64,000 bases of DNA, from the NCBI GenBank assembly GCA_951406725.2, contig OX597820.1, forward strand, positions 54,932,001 to 54,996,000, in the 5' to 3' direction. The notes beneath the pieces were generated by a model. That model was not told the DNA's origin, ran no database searches, and saw only the letters and a list, made by a program, of their open reading frames with translations. The position numbers were made by a program, and so were the translations under genes. Below, one piece after another: positions 10,213-23,400 of the stretch (position 1 is its first letter; every line of letters starts with the position of its first letter). Source of the stretch: Octopus vulgaris. Lineage: Eukaryota.

Positions 10213-11520
10213 AATAGTAATAATAATAATAAAATGGCGAGCTGGCAGAACCATTAGCCTGCCGGGCAAAATGCTAAGTGGCATTTTGCCCATCTTTACA
10301 TTCTGGGTTCAAATTTCGCCAAGGTTGACTTTGCCTTTCATCTTTTTGGGGTTAATAAATCAAGTACCAGTCAAGTACTGGGGTCGATGTGATCGACTTA
10401 TACCCCTCCCCACAAATTCCAGGCTTTGTGCCTATAGTAGAAAGGATTATTATTATAGGCACCGCACAGTATACAATATTGTGAGGTTGTTGATTGAAGA
10501 TATTTTATCTAGTGGGGTTTGTACCGTTTGTCATTTCACAACAAGGACCTCAGACAGTACTTTACACAATATGCGTGCATTTCCAAATAATGCTGACTTC
10601 TGCAATACACCTAGATTGTAGGGTATTTCTAAAGTTTTCAGATATTTTTCAGATTGGGTGGTATTGAACCCAATGCTCCAATGACAATAGGATTATTTTT
10701 ATGTTCGACTCTCGCAGCTGCCACATCTTAGCAATCTCAATTCTCAGGTCTCCATATTTATCAACCTTTTCTCTTTCTTTCATGATGATATGTTGATCTC
10801 CTGGCACTGCCACATTAATTATTATTATTATTATTATTAAGTTGGTGATCTGGCAGAATCATGAGCTCACCTGTCAAAATACTCAGAGGCATTTGTCCAT
10901 CTTTATATTCTAACTTTAAATGCCACCCAGATCGACTTTGTCTTTCATCCTTTTGGGGTCAACAAAGTAAATACCAATCAAGTCCTAGGGTTGACGTATT
11001 TGAGTAGCACCTTATCCCCCCAAAATTTCAGGCCTTCTGCCTATAATAGAAAGAATTGTTATTAACAAGGAAGCTATCTGGCAGAATCATTAGTATGCCA
11101 GACAAACTGCTCAGTGGCATTTTATCTGCCTTTATATTCTAAGTTCAAATGTCACCAAGATCACCTGCCTGTCATCCTTTCAGAGTTGATTAGTTACATA
11201 CCAGTTAAGCACTGAGGTTGATGTATTCAGCTAGCCCCTACTCCCCCCAAATTTTAGGCCTTATACCTATAATAGAAAGGATTATTATTATTTGGAAAGG
11301 TAGCGAGCTGGCAGAATCATTAGCACACCGGGCAAAACGCTTAGCAACATTTTGTCCGACTTTACATTCTGACTTCAAATTCTGCCAAGGTTAGCTTTGC
11401 TTATCATCCTTTCGGGGTCAATAAATTAAGTACCAGTCAAGTCCTGGGGTTGATGTGATCGACTGTCCCCTTTCCCACAAATTTCAGGCCTATAGTAGAA
11501 AGGATTATTATTGTTATTAT
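10160..11520 (+). mobile_element. (TTA)n microsatellite region packed with four SINE family B copies
   Basis: Copies at about 10235-10445, 10840-11055, 11070-11280 and 11298-11505, each ending in gaaag(g/a)att(a/g)tt. Confidence 0.8.
10458..10817 (-). mobile_element. 5'-truncated R4/Dong-like LINE 3' end (RLE domain C-terminus) embedded in (TAA)n
   Basis: The - strand reads, with 1-2 frameshifts, INVAVPGDQHIIMKEREKVDKYGDLRIEIAKMWQ..PIVIGALGSIPP..LQKSALFGNARILCKVL, then a short UTR and (TAA)n. Confidence 0.8.
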
Positions 11521-14500
11521 TATTGATGATGATAAAACATAGCAGAACTTTGAATAAAGTATCTTGTATTATTTAGTCCATCCCTTTAAGTTATCATTGC
11601 TATTAATAGATATCATAATTAGTAGTACCAATCACAATACTGTACAGTATTTAGTTACATATATTTTTGTTCGCTTGTTGTTAATGGACTTGATGATGAT
11701 GATGTTTAGTTCCAAATCTGCCCTGATTGATCAGAGCAAACTGTCCATAGGGAGTTGGTAGACAAAGTGCAATTCTGAGTCCTTCATTCTAGACACATCA
11801 CACCTGTCTAATAAAACAATGGTCTCATGGACCAGTTCCATACAATACAATATTTCCACTAACTGGGGTACCATGCTCATAACAAGACACAATAAAGTAC
11901 ATTATTATTATCATTATCATTTAATGTCTGTTGTCCATGTTCTTGGTCCTTTGTCATCTCATCTGAAAGGTTCAGCATCCTGAGGTTGTCCTTCAGTACT
12001 TCTTAATTATTACATATATATACATACATATAGTACATATTACACATGTAATACATATATAACACAGAAACACCCTGCAAACTTTGATAGTCAATAAAAT
12101 TAAATTGAAATTTTAAAATCTATTTTTCTGTGCAACCCAGTACCAAATGCACCATGGCCCAGTATTGGTCTGCCATCTGGTGGTTGGAGAATCCTATTAT
12201 AAACAACCAAATTGTGACTTACCATATAAAGTGCAGGGTAACAGTCATGGAATGTCTATCTCTCTGTCTTCCCTCCATCCAGTCTGTTCTTGTATGCCAT
12301 TAGGATCTGATCAGGTTGGAAAATTTACATGGTTGTTGATACTTTCACTTATCATTTGATGATGTGCAATCCAATGAAGTCTTATTTTGGGGAAAATGAT
12401 GTTGTTCTTATTTAAGATCAGCTGAATTATGATTGGGCAAACCTATGATTAAGGCATTCTAGCTATCAGGACTTTTATGCAAATAGTATCCTTCCTATTT
12501 TAAGATGGCAGGATGTTGTTTGAATGGAATTTAGCTACTTTTTCTACTAGATTAAGTAAGTGACCAAGCAGAGGCTCTCAAGTCATAGTCGCCAATAATG
12601 CTTCTATGTTTCTGTGTACGAGTCTGGAGTGAGTGGAGGAATAGTGCTTTTAGGATGGTGGTGTTACAGTATTCTAATGTTGCTGTAGAAATGTCTGTTT
12701 ATTTAGTAGGGGAATTTCACATGACAGTTCTAATTATTATAGATCAATCATAGAACAAGCAAAGACAATGTAGTACGTGGAAGATTCCTTTCTGTTTTGC
12801 AAGTCTTGTTTTGTTGAAGTTATGACTACCTCTCCAGTGTTGGTGCCATGACAAAATACATCCAGTGCAAACTGCAAGGTAATTGGCAAATAAGTAGAGA
12901 ATTGTAGGTTTGGGAGGAGCTTTTATTCCTTTCAAGGACAGGACAACCTCTGTAGTGATGGTGCCTTAATAAAATGCATTCACTACACCTTGCGAAGTGC
13001 TTGGTATTTGGCAATCATAGAAACCATGCCAAAATAAAGTGAGTGGGTGAAATATAGTTCCCCACCCACACCGTATTTTCAAATAAGAATTAACTTAAAT
13101 CATGACAACCTGTCCAACACATTCCAACATGGAAAGTAGGTGTAAAATGATAATGTTGTTGATGGCGATGATGATACGCTAGTGTTGTAATTTTCTGCTG
13201 ACAAAATGTACTACTGCCTGTGAGTGCCCTGAGTATGTTTATGCCATTTTGCTTTATTTCCTGTGGATTTTACATGTCCTATGAATGTTCTATGTAATCA
13301 CTCAGATTTTCATGTGTGCATCATCATCATTTAATGTCCGTTTTCCATGTAGGCATGGGTTGGATGGTTTTCATTAGATCCAGTGAGCTGTAGGGCTGCA
13401 CCAAACTCTGGTGTCAGCTTAGGCATATTTTCTATGGCTGGATACCCTTCCTAATGCCAACCATCTTACAGTGTGTTTTTGGATGCTATTTTTATGCCAC
13501 CAGCACTAGTGAGGTCACCAAGCAAGTTGTGGTAATTGATTATATCTGATGTTATTTGGTGTTGCTGGTGAGGAAGAGATTGTGTATTAGGTATGTGCTA
13601 CTCTTAGTGTGTTTATTTGCAATTACGTTTCTTGATGGTTGATGTTGGATTACAGATGTGTTTGTAGAATGTAAGAGACAACTGAAGCAACTTGCATGAG
13701 GATTTTTTGCTCTGCGGGTAAAAATCATGCAATTATTTTTTAAAGAATGAGTGAAAAGACATATCCTTGTAATATGCTGTTTCAGAAATTTTGGTTACCC
13801 TTGCATATGGACATGTCCACTGTATCCCTCTTCACCTGAACATTCCTAATCTTACAGGCTCATGGGTGCCAGTATCTCATAAATGCACTCATGCTGGTAC
13901 TGCATAAAAGGACCCAGTAGACTCTGTAAAGTGGTTAGCATTAGGAAGGGCATCCAGCTGTAGAATCCATGTCAAAACAGACATGGAGCCCAGGCAGCTC
14001 TCCAGCTGACGAGTGCTTGTCAAATCATCCAACCCATGCCAGCATGGAAAACAGACATTACATGATAATGATGATGTCATTGTGCTTTATATAGACTTGG
14101 CAACCCGGCCATTATATTGCTAGGGAATATTTTGTGGATGTTTTTTTTATTTGTGCGGGAGACTGTTTAGTATTTTGTTTATAAATACACAGTAGAGAGA
14201 TAGCAGCATTGCTTTGTTAATATTGATAACTTCATGTAAGGATTTTGGTGTTGGGTGGGGAATGTGTGGCTAATATTGCATCTTCACTAGTCAAAAACAG
14301 GCCTCAGGTGTTCTCCACAGAATACTTAAATTAAGCATTTGCTATTTGTGGTTGGAAGCATTTTTATCTTCTACTTAACACTACATTGCATGAAAGAAGG
14401 ATGAGTCCCTAGCCAATCATTTGCTTACTGGCCTTGTGTTTTTTACGAGAATTTGACAGACAACAAACTTCTGGGCCCCCACCATCAGAAGTGAAATGTC

Positions 14501-16359
14501 GATTTTCTCATCTAACCTGCCTCTTGACAGAATAATTGAATAACCTTTACTGAAACACTTGTTCCTCCTTGTTCACTGCAAGCATTTGAGGTTAGGTGAG
14601 GTTGGGTCTGTTTCATGGCTGGCACTTGTAGCAGGTGAAGTGGGAGATGTTTCATTGACATTTTCTTGTGCAGTGAACTTTTTAACATTTTTCAGCAAAA
14701 TATTTCTCCAGATTCACTTGTTTTGATTTTTTCTTTTTTCTTGATTTTTCTTTTTCAATTTTTCTTATTTCATATTTCTCTTTATATACCTTCCCTCCCT
14801 TTTTATTTCTCTTCATTTCTTGAACTCATTTTCTCCCCCTTCATTCCATTTGTTGTTTACATTTTGCTCAATTTTCTGATGAATTTACTTGAATTTCTGT
14901 TATTTTCTTTTGATTTTTCTTATTTTCCCTTCAGTTTTTAAATATATTTTTTTTCATTTCCTGATATTTTCTTTCATTTCATTATTTTTTTTATCTTAAT
15001 TTTTGTAATTTTCTGTAATTTTCCCTCTGGGTCTGCACTGTATAAAGTAATACATCAGGAAATAGTCGCTAGTTCACCAGGGAAAGAACGAGTTGAGGAG
15101 GGAGGGGTGATTTTTGGGATATGTGTTTATGACTGAAGACATTCCTGTGGAAGTATAGGGTTTATTGTTACTCCTTTGAAAGTTCCTCTGATCCTGAAAA
15201 AAAAAAACTTTAGAAATCACTGATGTAGAAGGTTGTTGTTTACCAAAGAACAACCACATCAAATAGACTTACGATCAAAGGCATTCTGAGGTTGACCACT
15301 CAGTCTTGTATGGCCCTAGGCGGACCCTGCTTAAGCAGATCCATGATCAAAGCAGTTGCATCCATGACCACTCAGCCTTGTACTACATACTTTGTTATAT
15401 CCATTTTTAAAAAATGATAGAGTATGATTGGAAGAAGATTCTGCTGTCATTTCTTGCAAGCTGAGTAACCATATAGGGCAGAGCAGGAGTTGTGACTAGT
15501 TTGCTTACATGAGCATTGCCAGTGATGGCCGTAGTGAGGGGGATACATGGCGATACTTTGTAAGATATGTTGTTATATCCATGTGGGCCATAGCCAAAAT
15601 GTAAAATAAAAAAAAGTTACTGATCCCTGGTGTGAGAGTAGGGAGATGTTTCGCACTGTCTCGTGCATTGTCTTACTGTTCCTTTCTGGGTTCAATTCCC
15701 ACTGAGGTCCATATTAATTCCTGTTGGGCTTGTTGGTCAAGGAATCAGTCTCTTTAACTGTGAAAGTTTCTTAATGTATCAAAGAAGTTGCTACACTTTC
15801 TACTAACCCCAACAACTCTACCACCATCACCATCACTGCCACCTCAATGACGAATCCTCATTTACCATCACTAGTGTTATTTAGCCAAGAGGGAGTTTCT
15901 ACATGCTCATTGAAGCTGCTAGAATAAATAGCAAAATCCTCCTCATCCCTTTCCTCAATCACCATTACCTACTGCTACTACTGCCACCACCGCTACTGCC
16001 ATGGCTAATGCTACTCCACCACTGCTACTTTTGTCACTGCTATTACTAATACCTCTGGCACCATCACTACCACCACCACTACAACTAAATGAAATATTGT
16101 TTGTTTGTGATGGTTGGTGTTGGGATGTTGCAAGTTCTAACCACAGATGCAGAAAGTGCAGGCCAGCTGTTTTGTGCAGCACGTGTGACCTGCACACATG
16201 ATTTGGTTGTAGGTCCAAAATTCTTCATGCAAAAGTATTGAGTATCATTTAAAGCAACAGTAAGATAAAAAGAAAAGAAAAACAAATAGCAGCATATATT
16301 ATTATGGCCTATCTATCTGTGACACTGATAAATCTGCACTAATGTCAGCATCAGCAGTG

Positions 16360-16800
16360 TTTGGTGTCATTACCACTGTCATCATCATCATCGTTATCAT
16401 AATCATCATTATAGCTATCATCTCAGTTGTCATCATCATCGTCTTCTTTATCAGTATTATAGCCATTATTATAGCTATCACTATTGTCATCAACATTATC
16501 ATAACCATGAACGACATTATTATTATCATTACAGTTATTACCATTATAATCATCACCACTTTGATCACCATTACCATAACCATCAGCACCATTGTCAGTA
16601 TCATTACCATGAGGGGAGCAGGATAGGATCGGGGCAGGGGTGTCATCATCCTCATTGCTAACTTTATTACCATCGCTACTACTAGTACCACAACCATCAT
16701 TGTAACAAACACTGCAACCTCTATCAACATGCCCATCACCACTGTGCTTCAACAAACATCACATTACTATCATCGTCATCATCACCATCGCCATTATCGG
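16360..16800. repeat. Degenerate (ATC/ATT)n trinucleotide microsatellite
   Basis: Cryptic trinucleotide repeats that create spurious poly-I/M/D ORFs. Confidence 0.85.
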
Positions 16801-17145
16801 CATTCTTTCAATTGCTGCAATCACCATGTTTACCCATTTCACTCCCAATTATATCCTATCCTTTAAACTGCGCAATCACTTTCATGAGCGAGCCATTATA
16901 TTGATAGTTTTCATAAACATAGAGTGAATAGTGAGTGTCGTTGGATAAATCACTACAATCTGATAAACATGTTCCACTTTCTTTAGTTTTGCTCCTCCCC
17001 CTTTGCTTCTTGTTTGAATTTTTTCCATCTTAAAATGATTGATTGATTGGTTAGTTGATTGATCAATCGATCACTCAGTTGAAACTGCTTTCCTCATACT
17101 TTTTGTCCTTGAATGGGGTTAGTGGTCCTTATTCAGTTTGGTTAG

Positions 17146-17358
17146 CCCTTCAGCATTCAGATCACTCTGTCAAAATATAATGCTTATTTATTCCCATCGT
17201 TTTGTTTTAACCATGCATTATCTGTGAGATTTCAATGATGTGATTGTTTATTTTTAGAATGACATTTTAGGGAAGGCGAGAGATACTGGGTCTGGCCAGT
17301 TTGAACATAAAGCATGGAAGAATATTTGAGTCAGATGTAGCTAGTTTAAATGCTAAGG
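17146..17358. mobile_element. piggyBac-type MITE (family P2), decayed copy
   Basis: Homologous to 19391-19611 and 29566-29779. Confidence 0.65.
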
Positions 17359-17619
17359 AAGATGTATGTACATAGATCATTTAAGGAGTGTATATGGAGA
17401 GTCAATTTAAATCTTCTGAAATTAACCTGGCCATTACACACATCGCAGCACTCTGTGGACATTTATATAAAAAATAACACAGCCTTTGATTACTTGTGTC
17501 AATTCATTCTAATGGATTTCTTGTGTAATGTATTTGGGTAGTTCTTTATTAAAGTGGCAAATTAGTAGAGTTGATAGATTGTTGTATAGAGTGTCTTACA
17601 GCATTTTTTTGTACTCTAA

Positions 17620-17835
17620 GGCAGGGAGCTGACAGAAATGTTAGCATGCCAGGCGAAATGCTTAGCAGTATTTCGTCTCTCTTTACATTCTGAGTTCAAA
17701 TTCTGCTGAGGTCGACTTTGCCTTTCATCCTTTCAGGGTTGATGAATTAAGTACCAGTTGCATACTGGGGTCGATCTAATTGACTGGTCCCCCTCCCCCA
17801 TAGTTTTTGGGCCTTGTGCCTAGAGTAGAAAAGTA
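17620..17835 (+). mobile_element. SINE family B copy
   Basis: Same head, B-box and body as 3136-3350. Confidence 0.8.
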
Positions 17836-19235
17836 TTTGTTCTTACTCTCTTCACTCTATGTTCAAATCCTGTTAAGGTTAACATTACTTGTCATTCTTT
17901 TGGAACTAAAGTAAACGGACCAATCTAAGGTTGTGGATTGGCAGAACTGTTAGAATATCGAATGAGTTGCTTTTCAGGATCTGTGCCAGCTTTTAGCATT
18001 CTGGAGCAATGCCTGTACTAGCATTGTTGCCAAGCTGTATTAGCTCTAAAGTGGTTGCTTTTCCCTTAGATGAAATTGGTCATACAGGGAGAGGACAATT
18101 GCATAGCAACTGCCAGTCTTCTATAATAATAAAAAAAAAAACCCTAACCCAAGCCTGCACAGATTTATAACCAACTTTAACCAAAGCTGGTTCCTATTTG
18201 AGTAGTAATACTTAAATCCACATTTCCTCATTTCACATTATTGTTGAAGAATTGTTACCAAGTATTGAGAAGTTACCCTTGCTGATTGACATTCAATCTC
18301 TCATCTGCAGAAACCAGAATTAGTACTGCCCATATAGACCTTAGTTGTTGGAAAATGTTAACCTTCAGTGAATCTAATTCATCCATGCTACTAACATATT
18401 CATCTTCACCACCACCATCATCATCATTATTAAACTGATTGACAGTACCCACTCACTAAGATGTTACAACCACCAATTTCTCTTCTTATCTCTACAGTGT
18501 TTAATCTTCTACAAATTTTGTACTAAACATTTGTACCTCCTCTCCAGAATTATGACTCTGGATCTTCCTTCTTGTCAATAGTTTGTATCTCAAACATTGC
18601 CACTTCAAGACCTCATAATTCTCAGAGGTCATGCATTGTCTTTTTTTTTTCTCAGGATAAACAATAAAAAAAAAAAAAGAAGAAAAATCCTCACCATTAT
18701 CATCACATCTGTTCTGTTGTAAATGATTCTAAGTTTGACTTTTCACTTTTCGCTTGTCTTGAAATCTGAGTCTGATAATTATGTATGTGGCTCTGCGCTC
18801 CAGAGTTAAGAATAAGAGCAAGCATTTGCTGAGAACAAAACCTCACTTGAGAACTTCAACCGCTACACCAGGAAGTTATGGCTAAAACAAACTATGAATA
18901 AAATAATTAGACCTATCAAATTTTTTTTGTATCACTCATCTGTCTGTCTGTCCGTCTGTCCATCCATCATCGTCTAACATCTGCTTTCCATGCTTACATG
19001 GGTTGAACGGTTTGACTGAGGACCACCACTCTGAGAGTGTAGTGGGTGCTTTTTATGTGCCACTAGTACAGGGGCCAGGTAGGCAGCAACTGGCATCAAC
19101 CATGCTCAAATAGTGCTTTTTACATGCTACTGGCATGGGAGCCAGTCAGGCAGCACTGGCATTGACCATGCTTGAATGGTGCTTTTTACATGCCACCAGC
19201 ATGAGTGCAGTCAGGTGTGTATATATATATATATC

Positions 19236-19676
19236 ATTTTGTTACCATATTTCTCTTAAAATACAATGTTTGTTTCAGTTAGTTTTGGAAATAATGAAGA
19301 ATTTAGTAAAATAACTTTGTCATTATTAAGTTGGTGTTTGGAACATAAATTAACATTTGTTACGAAAGGTTTCAATTTAGATCACTTTAACCCTTTAATG
19401 TTCAAATTACTCTGACAAATGTAAAGTTTATTTATTAATATTATTTTGAATTAATCATGTGTTATCTCATAAATTTGAGATTTTGATGATGTTAATTGTC
19501 TGTATTTAGAATGACATTGTAGGGTAGGTGAGAAGGACCAGTTCTGGTCAGTTTAAACATAAAACAGGAGGTATATTTAGGCCAGATATGGCTGGTTTAA
19601 ATGCTAATGGGTTAAACAGGATGGTTTTAGCATAGAACCAAGTATGGCCTGAGGTGGGTTAATGTCAAAAGGGTAA
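19236..19676. mobile_element. piggyBac MITE P1 copy interrupted by MITE P2 (19391-19611)
   Basis: Inner element TTAA|CCCTTT..GCTAATGGG|TTAA. The flanks align to 4119-4323 (aagaatttagtaaaataactt; ..aaagggt). Confidence 0.75.
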
Positions 19677-19859
19677 GATCCTACACTTGGTGTAAAGGTA
19701 GATCTAATGTTATAGATTTATCTTTTTATTTTTATTTATTTATTTGTTTGTATGTTGATTTTTTGTTGATTTTTGAAATTGAGTTGGATGGCAGAAGTTG
19801 CAATAATGTAATCAATGTGTTGATGCTCTTTTTTTTTTTTTCTCTGTTTCTGTTTTTAG

Positions 19860-19977
19860 CCAAGAAAGGAATACTTAGAGACAAACGAGAGTTTTGGGGA
19901 GTGTTGGAGGTCATTGAAAAATTTGCCCCAGAAGCTGCTGAGATTACAACCAGTGTCAGGGAGATGCCAAACATCAA
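19860..19977 (+). CDS. RUFY2: RUFY coding exon B (RUN domain)
   Basis: Polypyrimidine tract, tttag|C acceptor and AA|gtaagg donor (phase 1/2). (P)KKGILRDKREFWGVLEVIEKFAPEAAEITTSVREMPNI(K). Confidence 0.95.
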
Positions 19978-20933
19978 GTAAGGTGCCACTGTGTTCTGTT
20001 GTAAAAGGCTTTTCCTTGGTTCATGTGTGGGTCAAGTAGGCTGACAGTTGATACTAACCTCTCATTTTGCAGTAATTTTTTTTTTTTCATTTTCCATTTC
20101 GATAGAGAGACTTCAGAAATATACAAATAGACATGATACTAGGATTACCTCCAGCACACTCAAAACACAACGAAGAATATCACAGATAATACACAAGACA
20201 CTTATGTTATAGTGAAATAATACATTTATGATCAAAGATTACAGAACACACATACATACACACACATATGAACACAGTGCATGCAGTAAAGTAGGAGTGT
20301 ATCTGGATATACCTTAGGTGCATAAAAGGACGAAGGTGAAGTTGAATTTGGCAGAATTTGAAATTAGAGTGGAAATCACCTTGTTGGATAATCAGCTGCT
20401 TTTGGTTGCTCCACTGTTTCTTTTGTTCCAGTACTTTTGGCACTCCACTGTTTCTGCCATTGCTTTAATGAAAATGGGAATGATAATAATAAAAGGTCTG
20501 GCTGTGTGGTTGAGAAGCTCGCATTGCATGTGGTTTTGGGTTCAGTGCTGCTGTGTGGTATCTTAGGCAAGTGTCTTCTACTTTGGCTCTGGGCCAACCA
20601 ATTTGTGAGTGATTTGGCAGACAGAAACTGTGTGGAAACCTGTCGTGTGTGTGTGTGTGCATGTGTGTATGTGTATTTCCATATGCAAGTGTGTGTCTTT
20701 TCTTTATGTTTGCTTCCCTACCATTACTTGACAACCAATGTTGGTTTGTTTACATTCCCATGACTTAGCAGTTGGGCAAAACAGCCCCCAACAGTAAAAG
20801 TTAAAAGATAATATTAATGATGATGATGATGTTGATGCTGGCAGTGGTCGTTTCATTTATTGACCACAAGAACCCATAATGTTGGGGATAGTACTGAAAG
20901 GATATACAATATCGGAAGGGGTTTAGATAGATA

Positions 20934-21623
20934 AGTGGTTAACTGGGGTCCACATGGCCCTTGAAGGTCCATATAAGATTTTATTGTTAAAATTTATGTG
21001 CACTAAATTGATTATACTTCTATAATACTCAAAATATTTTAACAATTTTTATACAATTTCTAATAATATTTGATTATAAAAATACAGTATGATTTATTTT
21101 ATGTACATAGGATGACTATGGCAGTCCATCATCATCATCATCATGTAACATCCATTTTCCATGCTGGCATGGGTTTGATGGTTTGATGAAGCTGGTCAGT
21201 TGGGGAGCTGTCCAGATTCCAATTGTCTGTGACATAGTTTCTATGGCTGGATGCCCTTCCTAACACCAACCACTTACAGATTGTGCTTTTTATGTGCCAC
21301 GAGCACAGGTGCATTTATGCAGCACAGGCATGAGTGCATATATGTGACACTGGCACCTACAAAGGACAAGCCTGTATGTATGAGTGATTCTACTTTGCTT
21401 GACATGTCTTCCCAAGTACAGCAAATCACCACAACTCTTGGTCCCTTGTCATTTCCTCAGTGAAGCTCAGCATTCAAAGATCCTTTCTCATCACTTTGTC
21501 CTACATCTTCCTGGGTCTAGTCCTTCCACAGGTTCCCTCCACAGTTAGAACTTAGCACTTCTTTATGCAGCTGTCCTCAGGAATCAAAGGGGTCCTTACA
21601 TAAAAAATAGTTGAGAACCACTG
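20934..21623. mobile_element. hAT/Charlie-like MITE interrupted by an RTE-derived insertion (about 21127-21580, - strand)
   Basis: Right TIR gttgagaaccactg, decayed left TIR agtggtt-aactggggtcc. The insert encodes, on the - strand, EDSCIKKC..VEGTCGRTRPRK (RTE C-terminus) joined to family C sequence with a (GAT)n tail. Confidence 0.65.
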
Positions 21624-22789
21624 AGACAGAATAACAAAAATGGAAACCAGCAAAAAACAATAGATAACAATAAAATGTTGAGAAGAAAGGATCCAAATAT
21701 GGAAGCAAAAAACACCACCTAAAGTAATTTAGGGAACCTGCATACAAAACCTCAGATTACTCTGAACACATCAAAGGCAAAAGTGCTCTCTTATGAGTTT
21801 TTTACCATCTATTTATTTTTACGTACTGAAAGTAGGCTCATTTAGCATGGTCAGTTAATGCTCTCACCCACCTTTTGTAAAAAAACACTGCAGGTCAGAA
21901 TTTCCTTCTTTAAAGCACCTACTCACTCTTGGAGTGGTTGGCATTAGGAAGGGCATCCAGCTGTTGAAACCCTACCAAATCACACTGAAACCTGGTGCAG
22001 CTCCTCTGCTTACCAGTTTTCAGTCAAAAACCACCCAACCCATGCCAGCATGGAAAACATGTTAAATGATGATGATGCCGGTGACTTTCATCTTCCTCTT
22101 TAAGTGATATTTGAAGAACTTGATGAGATCTCTACTAAAAAAGAGTACTTTTCAGTCACATCATTAATAATGATTTTTAGCATCAGCATAAAGCCACATT
22201 TATTGGAGAAAGGAACCAAGTGATTAAATCGACCTTCAGTTCTTTTATTTACCAATAGTAGAATTAAAAGTTACCTGGCCTTTGGTGAAATTTAAACTCA
22301 TTTCATCTGACCTTGTTTTGTTTCTGCCATCTCACTGTTTTAAAAATATTAAAGAAGCTTATGCTAAGAATAGCAGCCAATTCTCCCTTGAATCACACTT
22401 TATTGATTTTTAAAAAGAGAGGTGACGCACATTTTGAAAATAATATGTTCATGGCTATATGTTTAACTTCAGCTCAACTCTGATCAAGTAGATGAGATGG
22501 TTGATTATGTTGACTCTAGTACTTGACTTTTGTTTATCCCAGAGGGATGAAAGGCAAACTTGACCATGGCAAGATTGAACTCAGAGCATAAAGATATGGA
22601 ACATTTACTGCAAGGTATTTTGTCCCAACACTGCCAATTTATTGTCCTGGCTTCTGTGCAGTATGTGTATGTGAGTGTAAATACATAAACACACACACAC
22701 ACACCCTTTCTCTCTATGTTTCTAACCAGCAGGTGTCAGAGATCATGGGTCCCTATACTCTCCTATGCCGTACACAAACTTTGGCACAT

Positions 22790-23400
22790 TATTAGGCCAG
22801 TCTTTCTGAAGCCAGCTGTGAGGCCATCAAGAACCTTCTCTTTGTCTTCATCTCTTTCCTTTTAGTTTCCTGGTTGTCACTAGCATTTTCTTTATTCTTA
22901 CAGTGTTCAGTGAGCAGAACCTGTTGTCTCCTTATGTTTTTGAGAAGCTTTCTGGTGGTCTTTGCTTGTCTAAGGACTTTCATGCTTGTCATTTTATCTA
23001 CATAGAACACCTTCAGCATTTTTCCAAGGAATTACATCTCTGTAGTGTCGATAAGCTTTTGCATGTGTTTGCTGATGTTCCAGGTCATACAGCTTTATAT
23101 AAGGACGGGTTCTATGTATGCCCCTAGGACTCTTTTTCATCACTCTTATTTATGGAGTAACAAAACGTGTTTAATCTCATCATAAGCAGCTTTGACTTAT
23201 ACAAAATTTAACTTGATATCTTTGATGTTTTCCAATCTACTAAAATGAGGGTTACCAATATATTTAAAACTATTGATTATCTCCAAGCTGTTCCATAAAT
23301 TCTTGTTGCAAATTGGCAGTATTTTCTTTGAAATTGTCGTTTTCCCTAATTTTTTACCGTTAAGACCTAAACTCATTGTTTAACTCTTATTGTCAATAAT
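22790..23400 (-). mobile_element. Degenerate RTE-clade LINE fragment (RT C-terminal region)
   Basis: MLKVFYVDKMTSMKVLRQAKTTRKLLKNIRRQQ resembles the RTE motif RMLRISWxDKVTNEEVL..IRxRQL. Confidence 0.6.

Noticed and set aside
16302-16755. Met/Ile/Asp-rich ORFs (also 42434-42922 and 60383-60748)
   Set aside because: Translations of (ATC)n-type microsatellites.
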